The translations under genes were made by a program, and so were the position numbers. This document shows, one piece after another, positions 11,797 through 25,533 of a DNA stretch of 64,000 nucleotides. Positions within the stretch are counted from its first letter, which is position 1. The number at the start of each line of letters is the position of its first letter. Under the pieces are notes generated by a model that was given only the letters and a program-made list of their open reading frames with translations, did not search any database and was not told the DNA's origin. This DNA comes from Octopus bimaculoides (taxonomy: Eukaryota). The DNA is taken from NCBI RefSeq assembly GCF_001194135.2, contig NC_069005.1:7771256-7835255 (forward strand), written 5' to 3'.

Positions 11797-13194
11797 GTAT
11801 GGAGGTGTGGTTAATTTTATTGGTTTCTTTCTTCATAGGTACTGGCATGGTTGTGTGATTAAGAAACTCACTTTGCAACTACGTGGTTTTGGGTTCAATC
11901 CCACTGAGTGAAACTTTAGACAAGTGTCTTCTACTATAAGCTCTGGGCCAACCAGAGCCTTGAAAATGAATTCACGCAACTGAAACTGTATGGAAGCCCA
12001 TCATGAATATACAGACAGACTGACATATATATCTCCTTTCTACAATAAGCACAAGGCTTGAAATTTAGCAGAAGAGGTGGCTAGTCGGTTATAGCGATAC
12101 CAGTGTTAAACTGTGCTTATTTTACCAAATCTGAAAGCGTGAAAGGCAAAGTTGACCTCGGCAGAATTTGAACTCAGAATATAAAACCCAGAAGACTATA
12201 TGTGTGTGTGTATGTGTGCTTGTCAAGCCACCACGATCACAACCACTACTTGACAACAGGTGCTGGTTTATTTACATGCCAGTAACTTAGTGGCTTGGCA
12301 AAAGAGACTGATAGAATAAGTATCAGACTTTAAAAAGAAAATACATAAGTATTGGGGGCGATTTGTTCAACTAAAACACTTTGAGGTAGTGCCCCAGCAT
12401 GGCCGCGTTCCAATGACTAAAACAAGTAAAAGATAAAAGAAAGTAAAGTTGTCAACCCTTGACAGAAACATCACAGTTTCCAGTGACAGCTGATGTACAG
12501 CACAATCATTTGATCATTATAAACAAATCATTTGTGCAGATTGTTCAGCAAGAACTTACAGAACCCTCACCCGTCATCTATGACAGGAGAGTCCAACCTG
12601 GTGGGAGTTAAGACAGACTTAGCAGCTATTTCAAATAGGTAGATGTCCATGTAGAGGTTCCATCATGAGTTCATACAGGGGCTGACAGTGGTTCTGTTTG
12701 CATACTAAACAAAGCAGAGCTAGGATATTACTGGTTATGATTATCATATAACGAAGACCCATAATTCTGTCTAATGCTCAAAAAGGCCCTGAAGCTATGG
12801 AAGTTAAAAAAATCAATGGACCACCAACTAATCACACTGATGTGAGTTCAAACCTTACAGCAGTTTTGTAGTGAACTCCAGGATGTGATACGGCTTGTAG
12901 TTGTGACTATCAAAAGACTTCTATCAACGTGCAAAAGGAACACTGCAAGTTGTCATTTAAAGACACTATATACCTCATACAGTAATTATTCATATATAAT
13001 ACGCACTTTTGTCATGAAAATCCTGCTTCCCAACTATGTGGTTCTGGTAGGTGGAAACAGAAAGAAACCCGCCATATATAGAAACTCTGCCAAATCAGAT
13101 TGGAGTCTGGTGTAGCCATCTGGTTCACCAGTCCTCAGTCAAATCGTCCAACCCATGCTAGCGTGGAAAGCGGACATTAAACGATGATGATGAT

Positions 13195-13440
13195 GTATGT
13201 GTGTCTTTGTGTCTGTGTTTGTTCCCCACTATCATTTGACAACCAGTGTCGGTATGTTTATGTTCCCATAAGTATGTTTATGTTCCCATAACTTAGCAGT
13301 TTGGCAAAAAGGACTGATAGAACAAGTACCATGCTTACAAAAAAAAAGTATTGGGAGTCGATTCGTTTGACTAAAAATTCTCCAATGTGCTGCTCCAGCA
13401 TGGTCGCAGTCTAATGACTGAAACAGGCAAAAGAGAAAAA
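13195..13440 (+). mobile_element. SINE family A, 3' half
   Basis: TTGACAACC..ACTTAGCAGTTTGGCAAAA..GATAGAACAAGTAC..CCAGCATGG..GACTGAAACAGG. Confidence 0.75.
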
Positions 13441-13534
13441 AAAGAACGTGCAACTTCCTCCATGTTGACGTTATAGCAGCAGCAGATGCATTTTTACAAC
13501 CTGCATCGCTAAAGGTTAAAGGTCACTTTCCAAT

Positions 13535-13900
13535 TTCTTTTTCTTTTATTTAGGACTGTGGCCATGCTGGGGTACCACCTTAAAGGGTTTAGTGGAATAA
13601 ATCAACCCCAGTAATTTTTCTAAATCAGACTTATTTTATTGATTTCTTTGGCTGAACTGCTAAGTTATGGGAATGTGAACAAACCAACACTGAATATCAA
13701 GCAGTGGTACGAACAATCACAAACAGACACACAAACACATCAGGCTTCTTTCAGTTTCCATCTACCAAATTCACTCACAAGGCTTTGGTTGGCCCTGGGC
13801 TATAGTAAAAGACACTTGCCTAAGCTGCCATAGAGGGGAACTAAACCTGGAACCATGTGGTTGAGAAGTAAACCCCTTACCACATAGCTAAGCCTGCACC
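13535..13900 (-). mobile_element. SINE family A, diverged full-length copy (inverted relative to the 13195 copy)
   Basis: Reverse-complement match to the family A head and tail. Confidence 0.75.
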
Positions 13901-14454
13901 TCCTCAACACACAACTACACCTGTGCCACCTTACCACACTGCCATGCCTGCACCTATGTAAATTATTTTATGCAGCAATTGCAACAAATCTGGCTTAACA
14001 CACCTTTTCCCACCCATCATAACCCTAAAGAAAAATCTGTGCATCTCTCTAATTTTCAGCAGAAATCTTTTCCTGGTGACAAGTATGTGTGCACCAAATG
14101 TTATAAGAATAATAATTAATGTGTGAAGAAAAAGTTGCTTAAAATAAATGCAGTAAAAATAATTACTAACTACTGCATAATTTTAAGCAACTAACCTTTT
14201 GTGCACACATGTACAATTCAGATGAAATAGTGCACAAGAGATATTGTTCAGGGATTTTATTAGTTATAATTACAAGTGCACAGTTTGCTAAGGTGCAACC
14301 ATGGCTGTATAAGAAGTCTGCTTCTCAACTACATTGTTCCAGGTTCAGTCCCACTGTGTTGCACTTTGGGCAAGTGTTTTCTACTGTAGCCCCAGGCTAA
14401 TTAATCAAAGCCTTATGAGTTTATTTAGTAGACAGAAACTGAAAAATTTTAAAA

Positions 14455-14485
<31 letters not shown>

Positions 14486-17290
14486 TATGTGTATTCTCTT
14501 TAGGAATATTGGCTCGAGGCACAACAGATTAAAGCTATAAAAAATAGCACGTAAATATTGAGTTGAAAAACCCTTCCGGAAAGAAAAAGTCAAAGGCTGC
14601 CCAGAGGACTTGAACCCACATCGCCTGTAGTCATGACAGTCAACAGACAGCCTCAACATTTTCTATCCAAAAGGGATTTCCAACCCGATATCTAAATACT
14701 ATTTATAGCTTTATGTCATGTNNNNNNNNNNNNNNNNNNNNNNNNNNNNNNNNNNNNNNNNNNNNNNNNNNNNNNNNNNNNNNNNNNNGAAACAGGTTAG
14801 GGTTGGCAGCAGGAATGGCATCCGGTTGCAGAAAGTCTACCACAATAAATTCTGTCCGACCCATGCAATCATTAACATGATGACCAATGCATCATGCTGA
14901 TACAGTAAGTAATGTGGTGATGAAAGATCGACATTGAATGAATTTCAAAGACTGGTGAGAAATGAAACAAACTCCAAATGTGTAGGTTAATGTGCATGAA
15001 AGTTAAAGAAGTAAGAAGAAGAGAGTCCAACTGGACATTAATCCTTTAACATTTAAACTGGCCATATCCAGCCCAAATATTATAACTGTTTTCTGTTCAA
15101 ACTGTTCAGATCCAGCATCTCACACCTACCCTACAATGTCATTCTAAAAATAAACAATCACATCTTCGAAATCTCAAAGCTACAAGATAATACAGGATTA
15201 ATTTTATAAAATGTGAATAAATAAGCATTACATTTGACAAAGTAATCTGAATGCTAAATGTAAAATGATGCTTGCGTTAATGGATAAATAAAGCTGACTG
15301 AAAGAAGGTCAGTCAGCAAAGAAAGAGGAAAACTGAATACATGAGGAGAAGTGGTGAAATCAGATCTCAGAATGCAACTATTTGCAGAGGGGATAAGACT
15401 GAGACAACTGGCAATATGCAGATCAATTCAACCCATTCCAAAATGATGATGATATGCTAATTCTACTTTATGGCTGAATTGCTTAATGTCAGAACAGACA
15501 AACAAAACTGAAAAGTAAATATCTGCTCCAAAATTATGCTATTGCTCAAATTTCCAAACACTATTCTAACCATATCAGAATTTCCAAAACACAATGTAAA
15601 CTATCTCTTCATTAAATGTGATTATATTTTAATTATTAAAACTTTTTATCTTTGATCTTTTACTTGTTTCAGTCATTTGGCTGTGGTCATACTGGGGCAC
15701 TGCCTTGAAGGATTTTAGTTGAACAAATCAACCCCAGGACTTTTTTTCTTTTAAAGTCTAGTACTTATTTTATCAGTCTCTTTTGCTGAACTGCTAATTT
15801 ACAGGGACATAGATACAGTGGTAGGAGACAAACACAAAGACACACATAAAGTTGTTCTGACATCGTAGGATGGTTGTAGATGAGAATCACCATCATACAA
15901 ATGATGTTCTTCATTTCCAGTCTTCCAAGGTAAAACATGTCTGGCCATGGGGAAATATTACTTTGCTTAGATGGTTGAGGGTTAGCAACAGGAAAGACAT
16001 CTGGTTGTAGAAACTCAATAAATTCCATCCAACCTATGCAAGCATAGAAAAGTGGATGTTAAACATTGATGATGAATCCAGATCCAGTAAAATATCTGCA
16101 GGTTTATATAGACATATCGAGTTCAAATTTAGGCACAAGGCCAGCAATTTTGGGGAGGGTGACAAGCTGATTACATTGACCCCAGTGCTTAACTGGTACT
16201 TATTTTATTGATCCTGAAAGGATAAAAGGCAAGTTCAACCTTGGCAGAATTTGAACTCAGAACGTAAAGAGGGACAAAGTGCCGCTAAGCATTTTGCCAA
16301 GTGTGCTAACAATTCTGTCAGCTTGCCGCTTTTGTATATGGACATAGTAACCAACTGAAATCTCACAATTTCATTCGTATTATAAAGAAATATTTTCAAC
16401 AATGTTTTGACTTAAATATAAATACATTAGCTATTTCAGACAGATTTGTGATAAAAGGACTGATGTATCTTTACTTCAAGAAAGTATGTAAAAGTTTTGA
16501 CCAGGTTTGAAATAATGATTTATGAGTTATGAGTTTAAACTAATGGCTTATAATCAAGATGTTGCATATGGCAAGTATCATAAATGTTTGGGTATATTGT
16601 GGTGTGGGTCAATAGTCCATCACAAAAAAGTGATAGTCTTGCATCATAGTTAAAAATACTTCAGTTTACTCATGTTACATCATCATCATATTTAAATTTG
16701 TATTCTTCAGAAACCTTGCAACTTTCATCATTACATTTCTTGTTAACAAACAATTTTACTTATGGATGACACTAATAGGCACAAGGCCCAAGCAAGTAAT
16801 CTAGTGAGAGAGAGAGAGAGAGAGAGATAGACAGACAGACAGACAGAGACAGAAGAATAAAATCAATATATATATATGTGTATATATATATATATATAAG
16901 GGTTTCTCATATTGGCACAAGGCCACAGGTTTCTGGAGGAGGGTGCAAGGCACAACTGATTAAATTTACACAAGAAACATGAAAGGCAAAGTTGATGCTA
17001 ACGGAATTTTAATTCAGTATGTGACAAGCTATAACTAAATAACCACAAGCCATTTTGCTCAATGCTTTAATCATTCTGGCAATCCACCAATGCCCACTAA
17101 CGATGATGATGATAATAATAATAATAATCCTTTCTACTATAGGCACAAGGCCTGAAATTTTGGGCAAGGGGCACAGTCGATTACATCAACCCCAGAACTC
17201 AACTGGTACTTATTTCATCAACCCTGAAAGGATGAAAAGCAAAGCTGACCTTGATGGAATATACGATCAGAATGTAAATGGCAGCTCGCC

Positions 17291-17343
<53 letters not shown>

Positions 17344-17344
17344 C

Positions 17345-17520
17345 TGACAAAAAAAAAAAAAAGAACCTTGAAATTGAAATATTGAAGACATGGGGTATAA
17401 GAATGAAAATGGTACCAGTAATAATTTGAGCGTTAGGTATGATTAAATAAATATGAAAAGAAGCATAGAAGCTATACCAGGGCTCACAATACTACACACT
17501 GCCCAAAAAGTGACCCCTCT
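17345..17520 (+). mobile_element. C-terminal fragment of an RLE-type (R2/NeSL/HERO-like) non-LTR retrotransposon
   Basis: Remnant LEIEILKTWGIRMKMVPVII*ALGMIK...IEAIPGL resembles the (W..K...VPVIIGALG) tail of RLE elements; follows (AAT)n at 17291-17342. Confidence 0.5.
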
Positions 17521-19554
17521 ATAAAGAGCCCAGGAGAATAGCTCATGATTCAATAGAATGGCTCAAACAACTATCTTCACATACAACACACACCCTATAC
17601 AACAAGCATCTAATAATCGAAAACAATACCACTTGTGCAATATAAACTATACAAGATTAAGGCCCAATAGAATAACAACTCACATAGAACAGAACACACG
17701 CTGATATAACAAGAAACTAAACCCCTTAATAAAACAAACTGGAGGGATCCGACACTCCTGCAATCCTCACAAAAATAAGAACAAAATGCCACGCACACCT
17801 CAGGAAAATTGAGGTGCACCAGAAACTCAAATGAAATGACTAAAGAAAAACTTTTCATAATAATAATTATCCTTTCTACTATAGACACATGGCCTAAAAT
17901 CTGTGGGGACAGGACTAGTCAATTACATTGACCCCCAGTATTTGATTGATACTTATGAGCAAAATGTTGCTAAGCATTTCAATTCTGTCAGCTCATTACC
18001 TTATTAATAATAATTTCTAACATTGACAAGGCCACATATTTTGGAAGACAATACAGTGAAATATTCCAGAGAGAGACAAAAGTGAAGCTGACTATAGCAG
18101 GATTTCAACTGGGAAACTTAAGGATTGTAATGCAATAGTACAAAGCATTTTAACATTATAACGATTCTATCAATCTTCCAGCATGAAAATATTGGAGAAA
18201 ATATAAAAGACTAACAACAGAAATCAAGTTTAGAGATACACTTAAATTTTATCTTTATTCTGTTCTAATGTTACTTTACAGTTAACTCACATTGCTCTAT
18301 AAAGAGCATAGGACTAGTTTCCCTGATGTGTATATATATATATATATTTATATTCCTACCAGAAATGGAACCCCTGTCTGTGGCAGGGTTACTCATTTTT
18401 ACCAGCAGAGTGGGCTGGAGAAACATGAAATGAAGTGTTTTGTTCAAGAATACAATGTATTGCCTGGTCCAGAAATTAAGGTGCATGGTATAGTGGCTAA
18501 GGTGTTAGACTCATGATTGTAATGTTATTTTATAGCTTGTCAAAATATAGTTTTAAGTTAAAAACACCATTATATTTGACCACTGACACTTTATTTTCAT
18601 TCTACTTATTTGTTGAATCTTTCTCTACTAACTTAAATCTTTCTCAAACCAGTGTGCCCTAAATCACTACCTTGTCCCACGTTACCAGCCCATGCCTACA
18701 GAAAAAAAAAATTACATCGTAGTTTTTTTTTGAAAACTTCCTACTTGGTTATATTCAAAATAACTTATTACAAATAAATTTTAAAATTTGATATTAGCGA
18801 CTGCACATGTATCGCTGTTAGAAATATATTCACAAAAAAGCTTAAAGTTTAAACCTTTTTTTGAAGATGTTTCTAAATTTGGATAACTTTATATACCATG
18901 AGATGACAATATGAGGTTTGGGATGTGTCCCTTCATTTGATAAAAAGGAAAGTGTTTTTTAAAAGGTTAGTGGTAGCATGGAGACTAAATATGTCAGAAG
19001 AAATGACCAAATAAAATATGTGTTGGTACTTGGCTGCAGCAGTTCTAAACCATTTTTTGCCTTACTGGATCCTCATAGCTATTTGATGTTTAAATAAGAT
19101 ACTAATTTATTTTTATAATTGAATATTATTAGGAACTTTCCAAAAAAAGTTTGTAGAAGTATAACCAATTTTATTGCACAAGATACCACACAGTGGGACT
19201 GAACCTGGAACCATGTGGCTGGGAAGCAAACTTCTTGCCACACAGCCACACCAGCACCTAGAAGCATAAATCTTATGTGCAGTCAGATTATCATTGCTTT
19301 TAATGTCTGCTCTTTCTAAAATATATTTTATAATTAAATTGTAGTAGAAACTATACGAAAATTAAGCTGTTTTGGTTTAAAGTTTTACACAACAGACCAC
19401 GTCTAAAATGTGGACATTTATATCACACTCAGTAACAGCAATGCAGCAATTACAGATAACAGATATGTGCAAACATTCCACAGAAAATGTCATTGTTGCT
19501 GCAGAAGTTTAGTACTGTGTTTTAACTGGTATTTCTCAGCCGTCTATGTGGTGT

Positions 19555-19740
19555 TTTGACCTGTTTGAAATAGCAGCCAAATCTCTTTCAAATCACACCC
19601 AACCATCTCAAGAAAAAATAAGAAAACATGATAATGCAATCCTGAGAAAATAAAACGAAAAAATATAAGATGGTCTAGAATACCTTTGATGATAAGGTAA
19701 GAGGATCGAGGTTGGTATGGGGCTAAAACAAGCAGGCTGC
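19555..19740 (+). repeat. Dispersed repeat family F (AAATAGCAGCCAAATCTC..AAATCACACC), unclassified
   Basis: Related copies at ~7490, 8700, 9170, 20590 and, in reverse, ~61200. Confidence 0.5.
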
Positions 19741-21629
19741 ATGAGACAGCTCATCATCAGGTGAGCTGCATTACTAAAGAATGTAATTTTACTTGTGAAA
19801 TTAAAAGTGACATTCAGAAAGTCCTGTAGCTAAAACTACAAAATCTAGTGTTTCTTTCCAACATGGATTCTATGAAGACAACTCAAAGTTTCCAAATGGA
19901 TTTATTAAGAAGATTTGACCAGTGTAGTCACGAACAGGAATTAAGTCCTACTTTCACTTTCTAAAAATATTGTCATGTCATCAAAATCTTGAAGCTACAG
20001 GATAATGTATGATTAATTCAAAACAATGTGAATAAATAAGTATTCTTTTCTACTCTAGGCACAAGACCCCAAATTTTTTGGGGGGGAGGGGGAGTGCCAG
20101 TCAATCAGATCGACTCCAGTACGCAACTGGTACTTAATCTATCGACCCTGAAAGGATGAAAGGCAAAGTCGACCTCAGCAGAATTTGAACTCAGAACATA
20201 AAGACAGATGAAATACTGCTAAGCGTTTCGCCTGGCATGCTAATGTTTCTGTTTGAATGTCGCCTTATAAATAATTAAGTATTACAGCTAACAGAATAAT
20301 CTGAATGCTAAAGGGTGAAGTATTTAAAAGTTTTGCTTCCCAACCACAAAGTTCTGGGTTCAGTTTCACCATGTAGAACCTTGAACAAGTGTTTTCTAAC
20401 AACAGCCCCATGAGTGGATTTGGCAAGCAGAAACTGAAGAAAACCAGTCATACATGTATGTGTGTGTGTTCCTCTATTTGTTCCCCACCACTGCTAAACA
20501 ACTGGCATTGGTTTGTTTACATCCAACGTAACTTAGTGGTGTAGCAAGAGAGACCAATAGAATAAGTACGAGGCTTATGACTGACTGACATACTAAAAGT
20601 AGCAACCAAATTTCTCCATAAATCACACCCGACCATCATCAAAATCAAATGACATAAAACACTAATCCTATATAAATTGTTAAAACAAAGACAGGAGTGT
20701 CATGGCTGGAACATCTTTGGTAATAGGTTTCCTCTACAAAAAAAGCAATCAACCAAATCTCTGTCAAACCACACTCTACGCTGGTAGATATGGAAGAAGA
20801 CATTGAGTACTAGACACTGCTTGAAAACTAAGACAAGATGGCCACAAATGGAATACTTTCTGATCATGATGTGCTCAATCTTAGGGATGTCATGAGACTA
20901 AATAAAAATAACAGACTTCATTTAAACCTAGATTAACTTTTCAGTGACTACATTCTGGTTGCAAGCTATTTTAGCCAACAAGTTGAATTCACAAATGTTA
21001 TTTTAGAATGCATGGAAGTAATTTGAAATGTAGGTCACACACGAAAAAAACTTGGTGGGTGGAGAAGACATGTTTAAAAATTTTTTTATTTATTTATCTT
21101 TTTTTACTTTAAAACCAGCTGTGGTGGTGGTTGTTCAGATGACAAGCCTGTGCTGATCTAGTAAACCTGTGGTTAAAAAAAAGCATTCACACAATGTTCA
21201 TTCAAGTGTATCCAACTGCAGACTTGAGCTGATAAATGACATTTATGTTTTTATGCGTGTGTGTGTGTGTGTGTGTGTGTGAGTGAGAGAGAGAGTGTGT
21301 TCATTTGTGTGTTGATCTTTAACCCCAAGTTAACCCTAATAAGACAGGCCTGTGTTCAAAAGCATTCTGGCGGTGACCATTCCATCCATGAGTATATAAC
21401 TCAGGAAGGATCTTTATCCAAACCTTTTATATATATGTATATATATATATATATATTATATATATATATATTATATATATATATAAACAATATATGAGTA
21501 TATGCATATATATGTACATACCTTCATCTACATGTACATATAGATGCATAACTGGGTACATGACGTGGCAAAAGGACATGGACAAAATGATAAGCAAGGA
21601 ACAACAAACAAGCAGGTCACATAGAAACA

Positions 21630-22140
21630 TTTCCTTCATCAGCTGCCACCATTAAAACACCGGCGTTTCGAAGAATTAAGGCAGTACGCATCGTTAAAAT
21701 GGTTCTTCCCACGAACACAAATTAAATTGTTTTCGTGGAGGGTAGTGGCGGACGGAAAACAAGACAGGAAAACGAAACGGTGAAATAAACAAACAAAAAG
21801 GCTGTACAGCCAGACGTGAGGTGTGTACGTATTGAACGCTAGACATGCATGCATTGAAACCCCAGTTTACAAACCTAATTCATTCCTGAAGGCCATTCAT
21901 TACCTGAAACTATTATTCCCATAAGAAATTCAAGAAAAGGGACAGTAAATTGCAGATGGGATGTGCAACACTAAGCAACAGCGAGACATCAGCTGACACT
22001 CTCGAGATGATGTTCCCAGCTTGTTCCCAAACGTCGATACTGGTTCGTGTGTTCACTAGTTGAGAAGTTCTATGTCTGTACATTTGCTCATAAATCAATT
22101 TGTTTCTGATAAGCGACGTTCATGTATTGAAGTTCCACTA
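21630..22140 (-). mobile_element. Penelope-like element remnant
   Basis: Minus strand ends in ..EWPSGMN*, like the GIY-YIG tail (..P.GLN). It also contains CTTCGAAACG and CTGATGAAGG half-motifs of a decayed hammerhead. Confidence 0.4.
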
Positions 22141-22540
22141 TATACAATATATATATATTACAAACATACATGATATAAATATAATATATACATACTTATA
22201 CACATACATATATACACACATATATATACATACATATACATACACACATACATATATATACATAAATATGTACATATAATAACATAAATAATATATAATT
22301 ATATGCATATATCCATACACACATGTACATATACATACATATATAAATATAATTAATATATATATATGCATATATACATACGTATATGTACATTCGTACA
22401 AATGGAAAACAAAACAAACATAAAGAACGACCCTTCTTCAGTTGTTGCCTGTTTTTCTAGTCCTGTATTTCGAGCATTTAAGAACATATTCTATGATTGA
22501 ATGCCACACATCCTCTTCTCAGTAAGTTTTATCTAAATAT

Positions 22541-22582
<42 letters not shown>

Positions 22583-22600
22583 GCACACACACATTCATAT

Positions 22601-23446
22601 NNNNNNNNNNNNNNNNNNNNNNNNNNNNNNNNNNNNNNNNNNNNNNNNNNNNNNNNNNNNNNNNNNNNNNNNNNNNNNNNNNNNNNNNNNNNNNNNNNNN
22701 NNNNNNNNNNNNNNNNNNNNNNNNNNNNNNNNNNNNNNNNNNNNNNNNNNNNNNNNNNNNNNNNNNNNNNNNNNNNNNNNNNNNNNNNNNNNNNNNNNNN
22801 NNNNNNNNNNNNNNNNNNNNNNNNNNNNNNNNNNNNNNNNNNNNNNNNNNNNNNNNNNNNNNNNNNNNNNNNNNNNNNNNNNNNNNNNNNNNNNNNNNNN
22901 NNNNNNNNNNNNNNNNNNNNNNNNNNNNNNNNNNNNNNNNNNNNNNNNNNNNNNNNNNNNNNNNNNNNNNNNNNNNNNNNNNNNNNNNNNNNNNNNNNNN
23001 NNNNNNNNNNNNNNNNNNNNNNNNNNNNNNNNNNNNNNNNNNNNNNNNNNNNNNNNNNNNNNNNNNNNNNNNNNNNNNNNNNNNNNNNNNNNNNNNNNNN
23101 NNNNNNNNNNNNNNNNNNNNNNNNNNNNNNNNNNNNNNNNNNNNNNNNNNNNNNNNNNNNNNNNNNNNNNNNNNNNNNNNNNNNNNNNNNNNNNNNNNNN
23201 NNNNNNNNNNNNNNNNNNNNNNNNNNNNNNNNNNNNNNNNNNNNNNNNNNNNNNNNNNNNNNNNNNNNNNNNNNNNNNNNNNNNNNNNNNNNNNNNNNNN
23301 NNNNNNNNNNNNNNNNNNNNNNNNNNNNNNNNNNNNNNNNNNNNNNNNNNNNNNNNNNNNNNNNNNNNNNNNNNNNNNNNNNNNNNNNNNNNNNNNNNNN
23401 NNNNNNNNNNNNNNNNNNNNNNNNNNNNNNNNNNNNNNNNNNNNNN
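22601..23446. other. Assembly gap (N run) with duplicated flanks
   Basis: (TA)nACGCACACACACATTCATAT occurs on both sides (22561-22600 and 23461-23498). Other gaps: 14722-14788, 24378-24477, 39769-39930, 59368-59420, 63090-63334, 63942-63951. Confidence 0.95.
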
Positions 23447-23480
<34 letters not shown>

Positions 23481-23501
23481 GCACACACACATTCATATAT
23501 A

Positions 23502-23872
23502 CTCTTTTATTTGATTCAGTCATTTGACTGTGGCCATGCTGGAGCACCGCCTTTAGTCTAGCAAATTGACCCTAGGGCTTATTCTTTGGAAGCCTAGTAC
23601 TTATTCTATCGGCCTCTTTTGCCGAACCGCTAGGTTGCGGAGACTTTAACACACCACCATCGGTTGTCAAGCGATGTTGGGGGAATGAACACAGACACAC
23701 ACATACATATATACGATGAGCTTCTTTCAGTTTCCTTCTACTAAATCCACTCACAAAGCTTTGGTCGGCCCGGCGCTATACTACAAGACACTTGGCCAAG
23801 GTGCCACTAAGTGGGACTGAACCTGGAACCATGTGGTTTATAAGGAAGCTACTTACCACACAGCCACACCTA
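23502..23872 (-). mobile_element. SINE family A, full-length copy
   Basis: Reverse-complement match to family A throughout. Confidence 0.85.
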
Positions 23873-23981
23873 CATATACATTCATATCTATATACATATA
23901 TATACATTCATATATCTACATATATACACATTCATATATATACACAGACTTTCATATATAAATATATATATATACATATAC

Positions 23982-24078
<97 letters not shown>

Positions 24079-24334
24079 TTCATATATCTATATATACATA
24101 TAAATTCATATATACATATACATTCAAATATTTATATATACATATACACATACATATATTTATATATACATATACACATACATATATTTATATATACATA
24201 TCCACATTCAGATATATATATATATATATACATTCATATACATATATACACACACTTACATATATATACATTCATATATATATACATATATATATATTCA
24301 TATATATATAAACACATACATATATGCATATATA

Positions 24335-24377
<43 letters not shown>
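23873..24377. repeat. Compound (TA)n/(CATA)n low-complexity tract
   Basis: Long pure (TA)n core at ~23985-24074; a similar tract at 22138-22400. Confidence 0.95.
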
Positions 24378-24724
24378 NNNNNNNNNNNNNNNNNNNNNNN
24401 NNNNNNNNNNNNNNNNNNNNNNNNNNNNNNNNNNNNNNNNNNNNNNNNNNNNNNNNNNNNNNNNNNNNNNNNNNNNNCGCCAACCACTCCGAGCGTGTAG
24501 TGGGTGCTTTTACGTGCCACCAGCACGCATCAGAATTATATTCATATAGTATAATAATATAATTCAACATCCTGCATTTCAAAATGAAAAACAAAAAGAT
24601 GATAATGATGTCACATCAGTTGTGCCCAACCCATGTCAACATGGAATATGAATACTAAATGAGTATGATATATATATCAAATACAATAAAAACAAAGTTT
24701 AGTAAATATGGAGAAAGAGAGTGC

Positions 24725-25020
24725 CTTAACGTTTCAAACATCACTCCTTCATCAAAAGAGGAGGGAAGGAGAAAGAGAAAATTGGGATAGTGAAAAAAGG
24801 AAACGGTGAGTGTATATAGGTGGAAAAAAGAAGGACGGATTCAAGAGAAAGGCAAAGAGTTATAAATCAGAAGAAATACCGTTCTGTGTATATGGTTGAG
24901 GGGGGAGGAGAAGTGAGCAGATGTGTAGTTGCGTGTAGAAGAGTTCTAAAGCTTGCATAAGGGCGGTGGGGAGTAGAGTGCGTTGGACTAAAAACGAAGG
25001 AGCTTTTGTAACCAATATAT
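24725..25020 (-). mobile_element. Penelope-like 3' remnant with a degenerate hammerhead
   Basis: Minus strand TTGATGA-AGGAGTGATGTTT-GAAACGTT (24728-24754), with C3 mutated. Upstream sequence resembles a decayed EQK.IF..GTL.PHG tail. Confidence 0.4.
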
Positions 25021-25372
25021 TTTTACAGTCTCGAAATAATAAGAACTTTTGTCGACAATTTACTTCATCAAAGCCTATTGCCTATCCTGAGTATTTACGT
25101 GCCTGACGAAATGTTTTTCTTATTTCCAACCTTTCAAATGGAACTACCGCCTTTTTTTTTTTTTTTTAAGTGACATTCACTGCCTACACAACGTAATTTG
25201 TTACAAAAATATTTCAACATTCCTATTCTTAGTTCCATTCATGAAATATTTACGTCTTAAAATTCATTTCATACCGAAGCCTGTCAGCGTATCACAAATA
25301 AAAGACTGCATTTTTTTTTTTTTTTTTTACTACCTCTTATATTCCGTGCAGTTATATTCAATGAGAAATATT

Positions 25373-25533
25373 GGTTTCAAATCTTGGTACATGGCCCAAC
25401 AATTTCGCGGGAGGGAATAAGTCTAATTTATCGACCCCTGTACTTAACTGGTATTTATTTCATTGACTCGAAAAGGATGAAAGGCAAAGTCGACATCGAC
25501 GGAATTTGAATTAAGAACGTAAAGACAGACGAA
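25373..25533 (-). mobile_element. 5'-truncated SINE family B with a 16-bp target-site duplication
   Basis: TTCAATGAGAAATATT at 25357-25372 and 25534-25549 flanks the insertion. Confidence 0.85.

Noticed and set aside
14590-14665. tRNA-like sequence on the minus strand (GGGTTCAAGTCC T-loop, then a T-run)
   Set aside because: No acceptor stem or A-box pairing; more likely a decayed SINE head than a tRNA gene.
22497-23561. Long ORFs (297-354 aa) in the supplied track
   Set aside because: They run through N gaps and (TA)n repeats; artefacts. The same applies at 39701-40050, 59215-59584 and 63031-63417.
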